Shown: positions 29,201-38,703 of the stretch, piece by piece | How positions within the stretch are numbered: position 1 is the first letter of the stretch | Layout: every line of letters starts with the position of its first letter | From: an uncultured Acidobacteriota bacterium | Lineage (GTDB): Bacteria > Actinomycetota > Acidimicrobiia > Spongiisociales > ZC4RG35 | Assembly (NCBI GenBank): GCA_963828465.1 | Contig: CAWHEU010000018.1 | Span: 128,001 to 192,000 of the forward strand | Reading direction: 5' to 3' | Length of the DNA: 64,000 bases | Position numbers and translations under genes: made by a program | The notes under the pieces: model-generated | Databases searched by the model: none | Told to the model about the DNA's origin: nothing | Seen by the model: only the letters and a program-made list of their open reading frames with translations

Positions 29201-30581
29201 CGCCCGAGAGGCGGCCGATGCCCTGGCCATCCCTTCCGGCATCGTCGAGACCATCCTCCGGCAGCTGGAGGCGTCGGGGCGGGTCGATGTCGGCGCCTTC
29301 CGTCCGGGCGGGCAGGGACGGGAATGGATCGACCGCGACGTGCTGAGACGGCTCAAACGTCGGTCCTTGGCCGTTTTGCGCCGGGAGATAGAGCCGGTGC
29401 CTCCCGCCTCCCTGGCTGCCTTCAACATTGCGTGGCAAGGAGTTCGGGACGACCCGCCGTCGAGCTCGACTGCCCTCACCGATGCGATAGCCCGACTCAC
29501 CGGCGCGGTGATCCCGGCATCCGTACTGGAGCGCGACGTCCTCGCCTCGAGGGTCGCCGACCCTGCTTCCCACCTCGATCGGCTCCTCCTCGATGGCGAC
29601 CTCGTCTGGGTGGGACATGACTCGCTCGGGCCCGGCGATGGCAAGCTGGCCCTGTACCCGCGATCGAGTCTCGGCTTGCTGTGGAGGGGTCCTCGTGAAA
29701 TGCCGGAAGGGCCCGAGGCCGAATCGATCCATGACTTCCTGGAGCTGAGGGGAGCCAGCTTCTTCCGGGACATCTACGTCGGCACGGGGGGTGGCGACCC
29801 CGTCGACCTCCTCGAGCATCTCTGGGACCTGGTCTGGTCCGGCCATGTCACCAATGACACCCTCGCCCCGCTCCGCGCCTTCATCCAACAGCGCAGCACG
29901 AGACGGACCGGCCGTCCCGGGCTCTCATCACAATTCCCCCCTCAAGCGGGTGGGCGCTGGTCGTTGACCGGCCAACTCGTAGGTGGGGATGTGAGTGATA
30001 CCGAGCGTCACGCCGCCTGGGCCCATCTCCTCCTCGACAGACACGGCGTGGTCACTCGGAGTGCCATCCTCGCCGAGGGATACCCGGGCGGCTTCAGTGC
30101 GATCTACCCGGTGTTCTCCCATCTGGAGGAGACGGGGAGAGTGCGTCGTGGATACTTCGTCGAGGGTTTGGGCGGCTCACAGTTCGCACTTCCCGGCGCG
30201 GTCGACCGTTTGCGCACCGATCCGCCCCGCCAGTTGACGGTGCTGGCCGCCACCGACCCTGCCAACCCCTACGGGGCCACACTTCCCTGGCCCGACGTCG
30301 AAGAGGCTCGACTGGCTCGCGACGCCGGCGCCTATGTCTTCCTCTGGGAGGGCCAGTTGCTCGGTTACCTGGACCGGGGCAGGCGGCACCTGACCGTCCT
30401 CGCCGAAGACATGTCGATCTATGGCAACTTGGGCCGAGGGCTCTCCGAGATCGCCACCCGACATCGACGCACGACGGTCAACACGGTCAACGGCCGGCCG
30501 GCGCCCGCCTCTCCGATCGCCCCGGCACTGGCAGAGTGGGGGTTCGCCACCGCCCCGAGAGGCCTCACCTACCGCGGCTGA
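26208..30581 (+). CDS. lhr: Lhr-family SF2 DNA helicase, long form with C-terminal winged-helix/HTH_42 region
   Basis: APTGSGKT, SPLKAL, TTPESL, DEVH, SAT, HHGS, LELGID, QRVGRSGH, GTIPD, C-terminal RRGYFVEGLGG.QFA and ATDPANPYG. Confidence 0.95.
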   Translation: MDPLGAFTPATRTWFEASFNEPTRAQALGWPAIADGHHTLIHAPTGSGKTLAAFLWTLDKLLTEPQPEKASRCRVLYISPLKALAHDVERNLRAPLAGIRHASSRIGGPTLPTVDTFIRTGDTPSDARQRMRRNPPDILITTPESLYLILTSAAREILRSVRWVIVDEVHTVAGSKRGAHLSLSLERLEEVTDVPPQRIGLSATQRPLEDIGRFLGGGTLDDDGTWVPRPVRLIDVPHDRDLDIQIVVPVEDMNEPGEPDPLDPDQRSTRSIWPAVYPRLLEQIQAHRSTIVFANSRRLAERLCSEINNLAGEEVAKAHHGSVSREQRLLTEEALKRGDLRAVVATSSLELGIDMGAVDLVLQVEAPTSVASGLQRVGRSGHQVGGVSKARIFPKYRGDLLVSAVVANQMLERQVETTKIPANPLDVLSQQLVARVVAGPASADDLYEMATRAAPYSGLSRAVFDETLDMLAGRYPSDLFAELRPRINWDRVTGEVTARPGSLQLAVTNAGTIPDRGLFRVTLPDGSRVGELDEEMVYESREGDVFLLGSTAWRISQIGHDRVEVVPAPAEGAARMPFWHGDSMGRSIETGRAVGAFVRETGRLDPEEAHEDLMTRFHLDDLAARNLVGYLTEEREATGVLPTDQTLVVERFRDEIGDWRLVLLSPLGARIHAPWAMALRHRFRDRYGVDVDAIWSDDGIAFRFPDADNPPGPEDLLLDPEDVEALLLEHLGDTALFAARFREAAGRSLLLPRRRPGERTPLWLQRRRSADLLGVAKQFGSFPIMLEVYREILQDDFDLPSLIEVLTDIRARRIRIASVDLDSPSPFASSLLFSFIAAFLYEADAPLAERRAAAMTLDRDLLRELLGEGELRELIDPEVVAAVELELQYLTERRRVKRADGVHDMLRDLGPLTVQDLEVRTDGLDIPSVLSELTGQRRIVEITHGGVTRWAAVEDVSRLRDALGVQPPAGIPHVFLEPVDNPLGDVVGRYARTHGPFTAREAADALAIPSGIVETILRQLEASGRVDVGAFRPGGQGREWIDRDVLRRLKRRSLAVLRREIEPVPPASLAAFNIAWQGVRDDPPSSSTALTDAIARLTGAVIPASVLERDVLASRVADPASHLDRLLLDGDLVWVGHDSLGPGDGKLALYPRSSLGLLWRGPREMPEGPEAESIHDFLELRGASFFRDIYVGTGGGDPVDLLEHLWDLVWSGHVTNDTLAPLRAFIQQRSTRRTGRPGLSSQFPPQAGGRWSLTGQLVGGDVSDTERHAAWAHLLLDRHGVVTRSAILAEGYPGGFSAIYPVFSHLEETGRVRRGYFVEGLGGSQFALPGAVDRLRTDPPRQLTVLAATDPANPYGATLPWPDVEEARLARDAGAYVFLWEGQLLGYLDRGRRHLTVLAEDMSIYGNLGRGLSEIATRHRRTTVNTVNGRPAPASPIAPALAEWGFATAPRGLTYRG

Positions 30582-32433
30582 GACTCGAGGATCTCGTAGG
30601 TCGTCGATCGCAGTGCGGGCCGGCGCCCGGCCGCCTCGATGACCTCCCGGAACTCCTGGGGGGTGACCTCCTGACCATGGGCTGCACCGGCGGAGCGGGT
30701 GATGATCTCGCCCATCAGGGTCCCACCGAGGTCGTTACATCCCGCGTCCAGGAGACGTCGACCGCCATCGAGCCCGAGCTTGACCCAGGAGGCCTGGATG
30801 TTTGGCACAAGGCCATCGAGGGCGATTCGGGACACGGCATGTATCAGCACCACCTCGTCCCAGGTGGGCCCGGGGCGTGACCGCCCTCTGAGGAAGATCG
30901 GCGAGCCCATGTGGACGAACGGCAACGGAACCATCTCGGTGAATCCGCCGGTCCGGCGCTGGATGGCGCGGATCACTTCGAGATGGTTGGCCCAGGAACG
31001 CGGATGGTCGATGTGGCCGAACATGATCGTCGAGGTAGCCCGCAGCCCGAGTTCATGGGCAGTGATCATCACCTCTGCCCACTGGGAGGTCCGGATCTTG
31101 TCCGGGCAGAGGTGTGCTCTGACGTCGTCGTCGAGGATCTCGGCGGCGGTTCCCGGAAGGGTGCCCAGACCGGCGGCCTTGAGCTCCTCGAGAAAGCGGC
31201 GCACCGGTATCCCCAGGGTCTCGGCCCCCTGCCAGACCTCGAGCGGGGTGAACCCGTGGATGTGCATGTCGGGCAGCTCCGACTTGATGGCATTGACCAC
31301 GTCGACATAGAAGTTGCCCGTGAAATCGGGATGGATGCCACCCTGGAGGGTCACTTCGGTCGCACCCCGCCCCCAGGCCTCGAGAGATCTCTCCACGATT
31401 TCGTCGAGTCCCATGAGATACGGCTCGCCTCGGAGATTTAGGCTGCGCGGGCCCTTGGAAAATGCGCAGAAGCCACACTTGAAGTAGCAGAGATTGGTGT
31501 AGTTGATGTTCCGGTTCACGACATAGGTGACCGTGTCACCGGCCGCCCGCTCTCTGAGGATGTCGGCGACGTGCGCGACCGCGTCGACCTGGTCCCCCCG
31601 GGCCCGGAACAGCGCCTCCACCTCCGTTGTCGTCGGCGCGGTGCCTTCCAATGAGCGCTCCAGGATCGGAGCCAACTCCGCCGCCGACCCAGGGAAGGAG
31701 GTCGATGTGCCGTCCAGCCAGGAGCCGTCGAGCCACTCCGCAGACAAACGACCGTCCGGCACCGGTGGCGAGAGATCCTTCCCGGGCGCCCATTCGTATC
31801 GCGGCCTGGCCACACCGGCTCCGTCGACCTGGCTCAGCCAGGCGGTGAAGGTCTCGGCGGCCAACACAGAGCGGGCCTCGTCGATCTCGATGCCTGGGGG
31901 AACGCGGTCCTCTCCACGAGTCGTCTCTCGCCGAGAGCCGCCCGCAGCTCGCCGATCCCTTCCACGTCCCAATCGCGCAACAACAAGTCGGTGGCACCCT
32001 GGTCGACCGCCCTCAGGGCCTGTGAGACATCATCGACGAACACGGACACCGAGAAGTCGACCCCGGGCAGCGAGGACAAGGCCGCTATCTCCGAGATCTC
32101 CGAGCGAGTGGAGCGCGCGAAAGACGCCCCTGACCTGGCCAGGGCATCGAGAATCGATTCCCTGGAGCCGTCGGCCACGACGGTCATCCGCCACCCTGGA
32201 ACACCGCGCCCGGCGAGGCTCAGCGCCTCCTCGGGCTTGACGACCCAGGCGGCAGGCTCCACGTCGGTGACGCTCTCCGACAGCACGAGAACACCAGCCT
32301 TGTGGGCTGCGGTCAGCTCGGCGCTGGTGGGTGACAGCATCTCGACCGCCGTCGTTCCCTCCCGACGCCTGCTGGTCGCCGTCGGCTCGGCAAGCCTCTC
32401 GGCGGGACGCACTCTGAGAAACGTGATCGTCAT
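30569..32433 (-). CDS. cofH: FO synthase subunit CofH with N-terminal degenerate CofG-like extension (one frameshift in a G run near 31895)
   Basis: NRNINYTNLCYFKCGFCAFS radical-SAM motif, LQGGIHP, PGTAAEILDD, STIMFGH, NIQASWVKLG, NDLGGTLM; ORF 31834-32433 joins 30569-31972 at TTCCCCCAGG. Confidence 0.85.
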
Positions 32434-33569
32434 CTTGCTCCTGATGTCTCCGGGATGAGTGCCAGACCGTCCTTGTCGGCGGCCGCCACTACATCTGCGT
32501 ACAACTCGGCGTGTATCCAATCCTCATTGATGAATTCCGGATAGACCGGCAGGCGGGGCCGCAGGGCAAAGCCGGCGGCTTCGGTTCGACTTCGCAGCTC
32601 GTCGAGATGGGGCCATGGCGCCTCGGGGTTCACCCAGTCGATGGTGAGCGGTGAGACGCCTCCCCAGTCGTTGATGCCGGCGTCCAGGTAAATCTCGAAC
32701 TGCTCGGTGAGGTTCGGCGGCACCTGGACATTGGCCTCGGGCCCCAGGATCCATCGAGCCAACGCGACGACACGGGCGAACCAGCGCGGCACCGGCTCGG
32801 CCGAGTGCCGCATCGGAGTGTCGGCCTTGGCCCTGAAATTCTGGATGATGACCTCCTGGATAGCACCGGTAGCCCGGCCGAGGTCTCTCAGGGCGAACAG
32901 CGAATCGACGATCTCGTTTCTCGTTTCTCCGATGCCGACCAGGATTCCCGTCGTGAAGGGGACCTTCGCCCGGCCGGCGGCCTCGATGGTCGCAACCCGG
33001 CGAGAAGGGTCCTTGGAGAGGGTCCCGTGATGGGGCATTCCCGGCTCCATGAGCCGGGGCGAGATGTTCTCCAACATCATCCCCATCGATGGATTGGTCG
33101 GGCGCAGCAACCTCATATCGTCATCGTCGAGGAGGCCCGGGTTGGCGTGGGGGAACATGGAGGTTTCCGTGCGCACCAGCGCAGACATCTCGGCCACATA
33201 GGCGATCGTCGAGTCGAGGCCTCGGGCGCTGAGGAAGGAGGCGGCCTGGGGCCAACGCTCCTCGGGCCGGTCCCCCAGGGTGAAGAGGGCCTCGGTGCAC
33301 CCGGCTTCGTCCCCGGCCTTGGCGATGGCCAGGACCTCATCTGGCTCGAGGTACATGCCGCCGGCACCTGGCGGTTTGGCGAAGGTGCAATACGTGCAAC
33401 GGTCGCGGCACAAAGTGGTGAGGGGGATGAAGACCTTGCGGCTGTAGGTGACGACTTGGCCCTTGCCCTCGTCACGGAGCGCCCGGGCGTGGGCAAACAG
33501 AACGTTGTCGTCGAGGTCGCCTTCCAGATAGCGAAGGGCCAGATCGGGATCGGGTGCCGGGTAGGTCAG
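32430..33569 (-). CDS. cofG: FO synthase subunit CofG
   Basis: TYSRKVFIPLTTLCRDRCTYCTF, EALFTLG, PHANPG, PFTTGILVGIGE, QEVIIQNF, INDWGGVSP; frame open upstream of 33413 to about 33569 without ATG/GTG. Confidence 0.92.
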   Translation of the reverse strand: MTYPAPDPDLALRYLEGDLDDNVLFAHARALRDEGKGQVVTYSRKVFIPLTTLCRDRCTYCTFAKPPGAGGMYLEPDEVLAIAKAGDEAGCTEALFTLGDRPEERWPQAASFLSARGLDSTIAYVAEMSALVRTETSMFPHANPGLLDDDDMRLLRPTNPSMGMMLENISPRLMEPGMPHHGTLSKDPSRRVATIEAAGRAKVPFTTGILVGIGETRNEIVDSLFALRDLGRATGAIQEVIIQNFRAKADTPMRHSAEPVPRWFARVVALARWILGPEANVQVPPNLTEQFEIYLDAGINDWGGVSPLTIDWVNPEAPWPHLDELRSRTEAAGFALRPRLPVYPEFINEDWIHAELYADVVAAADKDGLALIPETSGAR

Positions 33570-33588
33570 TGTTTGCTCGCTCTGCTGC

Positions 33589-34365
33589 TCAGGCTATGCC
33601 AGACGAAGACGCTTCACTCATTCCCCCGTCGACTGGGAGGATGACACCGGTCATCCAGTCGGCGGCATCGGAGGCCAGGAAGACGATGGCACGGGCAATG
33701 TCCTCGGGTGTCCCCAGTCGCCCCAGCGGGTGCATAGCTGCTGCTGCCGCTTCGTCCTGCCAGAGCATCTCCGAGAGCCTCGTCTTGACCACGGCGGGGG
33801 CAACTGCGTTGACCCGGATCGACGGCGCCAATTCCAGGGCCAATTGCCTGGTCATGTGGACCAGACCTGCCTTGGAAACGTTGTAGGCGCCGGTGATCGG
33901 GCTTGGGCGCAGGCCTCCCACGGAGGAGACATTGACAATGGAACCCCCGTTCTTCTCCATCGATGCCCGATAGGCCGCCCTGACCCAGAGCAATGGAGCC
34001 CTCAGATTGACTGCCCAGGTCTTGTCCAGAGCGCCGAGGTCCACCTCCATCAGGGGCCCGGCCGATGGGTTGGTGCCCGCGTTGTTTATGAGGATGTCGC
34101 ACGACCCGAAGCGCTCCACCGTGGCCGCTACTGCCTCATCGGCCGACTCCTCGGAATCCGCCCTAGCCGGCAGCGCTAGGAGCGTCCCCTCGTCGACTCC
34201 AGATTCGATCAACTCCGCCGCTGCCGTCTCTATGTTCTCCGGTCTCCGGGACGTGATCGTGATTCCGGCGGCACGACTCCTGGCGAACTCCGCGGCGGTC
34301 GCCTGCCCGATGCCACGGCTGGCACCGGTGACGAGCACGACCTTTCCCTCAACCGAGACTTCCAT
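33589..34365 (-). CDS. SDR family oxidoreductase
   Basis: TGASRGIG, NNAG, YNVSK, RVNAVAP, VDGG. Confidence 0.93.
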   Translation of the reverse strand: MEVSVEGKVVLVTGASRGIGQATAAEFARSRAAGITITSRRPENIETAAAELIESGVDEGTLLALPARADSEESADEAVAATVERFGSCDILINNAGTNPSAGPLMEVDLGALDKTWAVNLRAPLLWVRAAYRASMEKNGGSIVNVSSVGGLRPSPITGAYNVSKAGLVHMTRQLALELAPSIRVNAVAPAVVKTRLSEMLWQDEAAAAAMHPLGRLGTPEDIARAIVFLASDAADWMTGVILPVDGGMSEASSSGIA

Positions 34366-34392
34366 GATCCTCCTCGCACCCGCTCGGGGGTA

Positions 34393-34890
34393 TCAATGAC
34401 CGCCCCTCCGCACCCCGCCGTACTTCATCCTCGTGTCAGACATAGAAGCCGCCTGCCGCTCGTCGTCGTTGACCCCGGCATCGACGAGCTCGCCGACGAA
34501 GAACGTGTGGGTCCCGAGATCGATCGAGTGACGCAAACTGCATTCCATCCATGCCAGCGATTCTTCGAATATCGGGGCACCGGTCACGCCCGGGCGAACC
34601 GGGCGGCCATTGAGCGTGGCGTCCTCCCTCATAGCCGGCTTGGAGAACTTGACGAATACCCGGGTGTCGTCTGATGGCCACAAGTTCACGGTGAACGACC
34701 CGCCCTCGCTGATCAGACGGTGGGTGACCGCTTTGTTGTCGACCCCGACACCCATGAGCACGGGCTCCATCGACACCTGCGTGACCCACGACGCGGTCAT
34801 CCCGTTCCATTCCTCGCCCGATGCCGAGCCGATCAGGGCCAGGGCGTTGGGGATCTTCCAGGTGACCTTGTTGATGAGTTCCGGGTCCAC
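34393..34890 (-). CDS. Flavin reductase family protein
   Basis: NGMTASWVTQVS.EP, TGAPIF, WMEC, GTHTFFVGE. Confidence 0.9.
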   Translation of the reverse strand: MDPELINKVTWKIPNALALIGSASGEEWNGMTASWVTQVSMEPVLMGVGVDNKAVTHRLISEGGSFTVNLWPSDDTRVFVKFSKPAMREDATLNGRPVRPGVTGAPIFEESLAWMECSLRHSIDLGTHTFFVGELVDAGVNDDERQAASMSDTRMKYGGVRRGGH

Positions 34891-34937
34891 GTGACTCGCA
34901 TAGGCAAAAGCGGTGCCGACACCCTAATCTCAGCCGG

Positions 34938-35447
34938 GTGCGCATCCTGATCGCCACGACCGGGGTACTTCCAGCAGCCCCGGTAGCAGACCTTTGCCGG
35001 CGCCTCCATTCCGATGACGGGAGTGTCACGGTCATGACTGTGGTGAGGGTCCCTCGCTCCTTCCTCGAGGCTCTCGACGACGACGTGCGTCGCTCCTTCC
35101 TCGACGACGCCCCAATTGGCTCCTCCGATGCAGAGGTCAAGGCGGCCAGATATCTGGAAGAGCGGGGCCAGAAAGCGGTGGAGCCGATCGTGGCCGGGCT
35201 ACACGCCGTCGGGCTCGACACCGACGTTCGCTTCGTCGAGGGCGACGACCCTGCCGAGGCAATCATCAACACGGCCGACGAAGTAGGGGCCGATCTGGTG
35301 ATGATGGGAGCCACCAGGCGTCTCTTCACCGAGGAGGCCTGGCGAAGCGTGTCCGCCCGGGTGATGGACAAGTCGCATCTGCCAGTGCTCCTGGTGCCCG
35401 GCACGCGCTTCGAGGACACCTCGGAGATGCCGGCTTTGGAGATCTAG
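34938..35447 (+). CDS. Universal stress protein
   Basis: RILIAT, GDDPAEAI, ADLVMMGA, SVSARV, PVLLVP. Confidence 0.88.
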   Translation: MRILIATTGVLPAAPVADLCRRLHSDDGSVTVMTVVRVPRSFLEALDDDVRRSFLDDAPIGSSDAEVKAARYLEERGQKAVEPIVAGLHAVGLDTDVRFVEGDDPAEAIINTADEVGADLVMMGATRRLFTEEAWRSVSARVMDKSHLPVLLVPGTRFEDTSEMPALEI

Positions 35448-35492
35448 ATCTCCGGCGAGAATCTGTCACACCTCCTTCTTAGCTTCTCCATC

Positions 35493-35858
35493 ATGAATGT
35501 TTCTCCATGGTGCGAGCACAAGCCGGTATGGGTCGGACATGTCGCCGTGACCGCCTGCGCCGACTGCGGGACGATCGATTGGTTCTCGGACAGCGGTCCG
35601 GTGGATCACGCCGAAGCCATGGCCTACCTGTTCGGAAGCTATGACCTCATCGGTCACCTCGATGCGCTGGGCGGGCCGACATCGAGCGTTCTCGCCTACG
35701 CCGCCCCCAACTCCCGTAAGCGGAAGAACCTCGATGCGTTGCCCAAGCACGTCTGGCTCGAAGTGGGCCCACGTCTCTGGCTTTCCCACGACGGTGAGGT
35801 CCTGCTCCTGGCGACCGACCACCAGTTGTTGATCGAAAACCTGACCCGCGGCGCCTGA
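35493..35858 (+). CDS. Hypothetical protein, possible N-terminal zinc ribbon
   Basis: WCEH...CADC; fills the gap with a normal codon pattern. Confidence 0.6.
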   Translation: MNVSPWCEHKPVWVGHVAVTACADCGTIDWFSDSGPVDHAEAMAYLFGSYDLIGHLDALGGPTSSVLAYAAPNSRKRKNLDALPKHVWLEVGPRLWLSHDGEVLLLATDHQLLIENLTRGA

Positions 35859-35869
35859 GGCCGGCCAGG

Positions 35870-37759
35870 TCAGGCGGTGGCGGCCTCGATGAACTGTGTC
35901 TGGTACAGGGAGGCGTAGAGCCCGTCGGCGGCGACCAACGAGGCGTGGGTCCCCCGCTCGGCGATCTCTCCATCGTCGATGACGAGGATCTGGTCCGCCG
36001 CCCTGACTGTGGACAAGCGATGCGCGATGACGATCGAGGTCCGACCCTCCATCACCTTTTCCAGGGCTTCCTGGATAAGCGCCTCGGACCTCGAATCGAG
36101 GTGGGAGGTCGCCTCGTCGAGGATCAGGATCTTGGGGTCCTCGAGAAGGACCCGGGCAATGGCGATACGTTGCTTCTCCCCTCCGGAGAGGCGGTATCCC
36201 CTCTCCCCCACCACCGTCTCGTAGCCATCGGCCAGCTTGGAGATCATCTCGTGGATGTTGGCGGCACGCGCCGCCTCCTCGATTTCCTCCTGGGTGGCGT
36301 CAGGACGGGCGTAGCGCAGGTTGGCAGCGATGGTGTCATGAAAGAGATAGGTCTCCTGGGTGACCACCCCCACCGCCGCGGCCAGATCCTTCAGCGCGAC
36401 CTTCCTCACGTCGTGCCCGTCGACTCGAACTGCGCCCTGGGTGACGTCATAGAGGCGCGGGATGAGATAGGAGATGGTGGTCTTCCCTGCCCCGGACGGC
36501 CCGACCAGTGCCGTCAAGGTTCCGGGTTCGGCCACGAAAGCGACATGATGCAAGGCCCACTCCCTGGTGCCGGCTCTGGTGGGGGCCACCTGTTCGGGTG
36601 CGGCCCGTCTCCAGCGTCTGACCGCGGCGAGGCCCTCAGGGCCGTCACCCTGATACCGGAAGGAGACGTCGGCGAACTCGACCCGACCCCGTACCAGACC
36701 CATCGGCTCCGGGGAGGAAGGGTCAGGGATGTCGGTCTCGAGATCGAGCACCTCGAACACCCTCTCGAAGGACACCAGCGAGGTGGCGAATTCGACCCTG
36801 GAGTTGGTGATGGCCGAGAGCGGACCGTAGAACTGGGTGAGCAGGGCGGCGAAGGTGACGATCTCGCCTACCTCGATCTCACCGTTTATCACGAGGACGC
36901 CGCCAACCCAGAAGACGGCGGCGGTCCCCACGGCCGAGACGAGGCCCAAGGCGGCGAAGAAACCCCTGCCCACCATCGATCGCTTCACCGAGGTGTCGCG
37001 GACGAGGGCAGCCTGGTCGCCGAACCGCTTGGCCTCCTGGTCCCAGCGGCCGAAGAGTCGGACCAGCATCGCCCCACTGACATTGAATGTCTCCTGGAGG
37101 ATGCCCGACATCTTCGCCTCGTGCTCCATCAGGTCCTGGGTGACCCGTTTCAGTATCTTGGCCACCCGACGAGCCGGTATCACGAAGAGGGGCAATGCGG
37201 CCACCGCGAGAATCGTGAGCCGCCAGTCGATGGCGATCATCGTGACCAGGATGAACACGACGGAAACGACATTTGACACGATGGAGACGAATGTGCCGGT
37301 GATGGCGGATTGGGCTCCCTCCACGTCGCTGTTGAGACGGCTCATCAGTTCGCCGGTCTTGGTTGCGGTGTAGAACCGGAGTGACATCCGCTGCAGGTGC
37401 TCGTAGAGCTCGCGGCGCAGGTCGAAGATGATCCCCTCCCCGACGTTCGACGACCACCAGCGCTGGGCCACGCCGACCAGGGCACTGATCAGAGGAACGA
37501 GGATCATGCCCAGACCGAGCACCGTCAGCTGACCGATGTTGCCGGTGGGGATCGCCACGTCGATGAGCCGCCCCATCAGTATGGGCGGCACCACCCCGAG
37601 GCCAGAGATGACGAGGATCGTGATCAGGACCCCGATGAGACCCGACAAATAGGGGCGGCCGTAGGACCAGACGCGGCGGAGCAGAGCCCGGTCCAGGTCG
37701 GGTCTGTCCTGTTCCTCGTCGTATTGCAGGTAGCTCCACCAGCCACCGGAGTGATAGAT
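35870..37759 (-). CDS. ABC exporter, fused permease + ATPase
   Basis: TM domain, GPSGAGKTT, LSGGEKQR, ILDEATSHLD, IAHRLST; frame extends upstream of 37648 to an ATC 6 nt after GGAGG. Confidence 0.92.
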   Translation of the reverse strand: MYHSGGWWSYLQYDEEQDRPDLDRALLRRVWSYGRPYLSGLIGVLITILVISGLGVVPPILMGRLIDVAIPTGNIGQLTVLGLGMILVPLISALVGVAQRWWSSNVGEGIIFDLRRELYEHLQRMSLRFYTATKTGELMSRLNSDVEGAQSAITGTFVSIVSNVVSVVFILVTMIAIDWRLTILAVAALPLFVIPARRVAKILKRVTQDLMEHEAKMSGILQETFNVSGAMLVRLFGRWDQEAKRFGDQAALVRDTSVKRSMVGRGFFAALGLVSAVGTAAVFWVGGVLVINGEIEVGEIVTFAALLTQFYGPLSAITNSRVEFATSLVSFERVFEVLDLETDIPDPSSPEPMGLVRGRVEFADVSFRYQGDGPEGLAAVRRWRRAAPEQVAPTRAGTREWALHHVAFVAEPGTLTALVGPSGAGKTTISYLIPRLYDVTQGAVRVDGHDVRKVALKDLAAAVGVVTQETYLFHDTIAANLRYARPDATQEEIEEAARAANIHEMISKLADGYETVVGERGYRLSGGEKQRIAIARVLLEDPKILILDEATSHLDSRSEALIQEALEKVMEGRTSIVIAHRLSTVRAADQILVIDDGEIAERGTHASLVAADGLYASLYQTQFIEAATA

Positions 37760-37787
37760 GCCTGGCCTCCAGCTCGGCTAGCGAAGG

Positions 37788-38528
37788 TTATCCGCGGGTA
37801 GTGCCTAGCTCCGAGAGCGGGACGAGGCCGGCGGCCATCTTCTGAAGGGCGGCCGGGGCCACATAGGCGCGTCCGAATAGCTCATATCTGTAGTCGCCGT
37901 CGAACCAGACCATCGTGGTGCCATTCGACGCCTCCAGGGACCAAACGGGACGCCCGCCGACCGTGGCAACGGCACAGACCTCGGTGCCCCTGTCCGCGAA
38001 GCGCTCACACGAGTTGTCGGCGCCGGGCGAGGCCACATCGGCGGCGACCTCCGGGTCGACGGAGACACTCATGATGATCATCTGTGCGACGGAGCGAGAC
38101 CTGGTGTAGGGCTCGGATGACCATATGCCGAAGGCGGCCACCGGGTCATCGGCCAGATCGCCCCTCTCGTCGAAGACGAGCTGTGAGGTCACGTACTCGG
38201 ACAGGTAGGGAGTCGATGTTGGAAACTTCACTTCGGGTAGGAGGGCGGCGATCTCGGTGCGGCTCGCCTGGATGAACAGGTCACCGGCCCGGCGGGCGAA
38301 CACTGCCACCTTCAGCGCGGCCGGGTCGTCGAGCGGCGCTCCACTCAGTTCGTCGTTGAACCACTTGAGGACGTTGGCGTCTACGACGATCGGAACCGTC
38401 GTCGCGACGGTTGTCGTGGTCACCACGGTCGGCTCACCGATCCACCCTGAAGTGCGCTGACCCAGAGATGTGAAGGGCGCGTCTCCGCAAGCGGTCAAGA
38501 CGAAGACCGCGGCCAAGACCGTTGCCAT
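37788..38528 (-). CDS. Hypothetical lipoprotein
   Basis: Lipobox LTAC, Thr-rich linker; start uncertain (38528 or 38564). Confidence 0.7.
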   Translation of the reverse strand: MATVLAAVFVLTACGDAPFTSLGQRTSGWIGEPTVVTTTTVATTVPIVVDANVLKWFNDELSGAPLDDPAALKVAVFARRAGDLFIQASRTEIAALLPEVKFPTSTPYLSEYVTSQLVFDERGDLADDPVAAFGIWSSEPYTRSRSVAQMIIMSVSVDPEVAADVASPGADNSCERFADRGTEVCAVATVGGRPVWSLEASNGTTMVWFDGDYRYELFGRAYVAPAALQKMAAGLVPLSELGTTRG

Positions 38529-38703
38529 GTGGGCACGGGTGCGCACATTCCCTCCGAGTCGCATTGGCCCCCAACTCGGCGTGGGGACCTACTGCTTGTT
38601 AACGAGCCGTCCGGCTTCGCTGGTTCCCCGCTTTTCGACACGGATTCCCAGCCCACAGCGCCGATCCACTGACGGTAACAGCGGGTTCCTTATCCTCCCG
38701 GTT

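Noticed and set aside
26208-30581. Lhr helicase as an anti-phage defence gene
   Set aside because: It has the ordinary long actinobacterial Lhr repair architecture and no defence-type partners nearby.
31890-31900. Programmed frameshift or phase variation in cofH
   Set aside because: Only a short G run with no stimulatory structure seen; the window has many similar single-base indels consistent with sequencing error.
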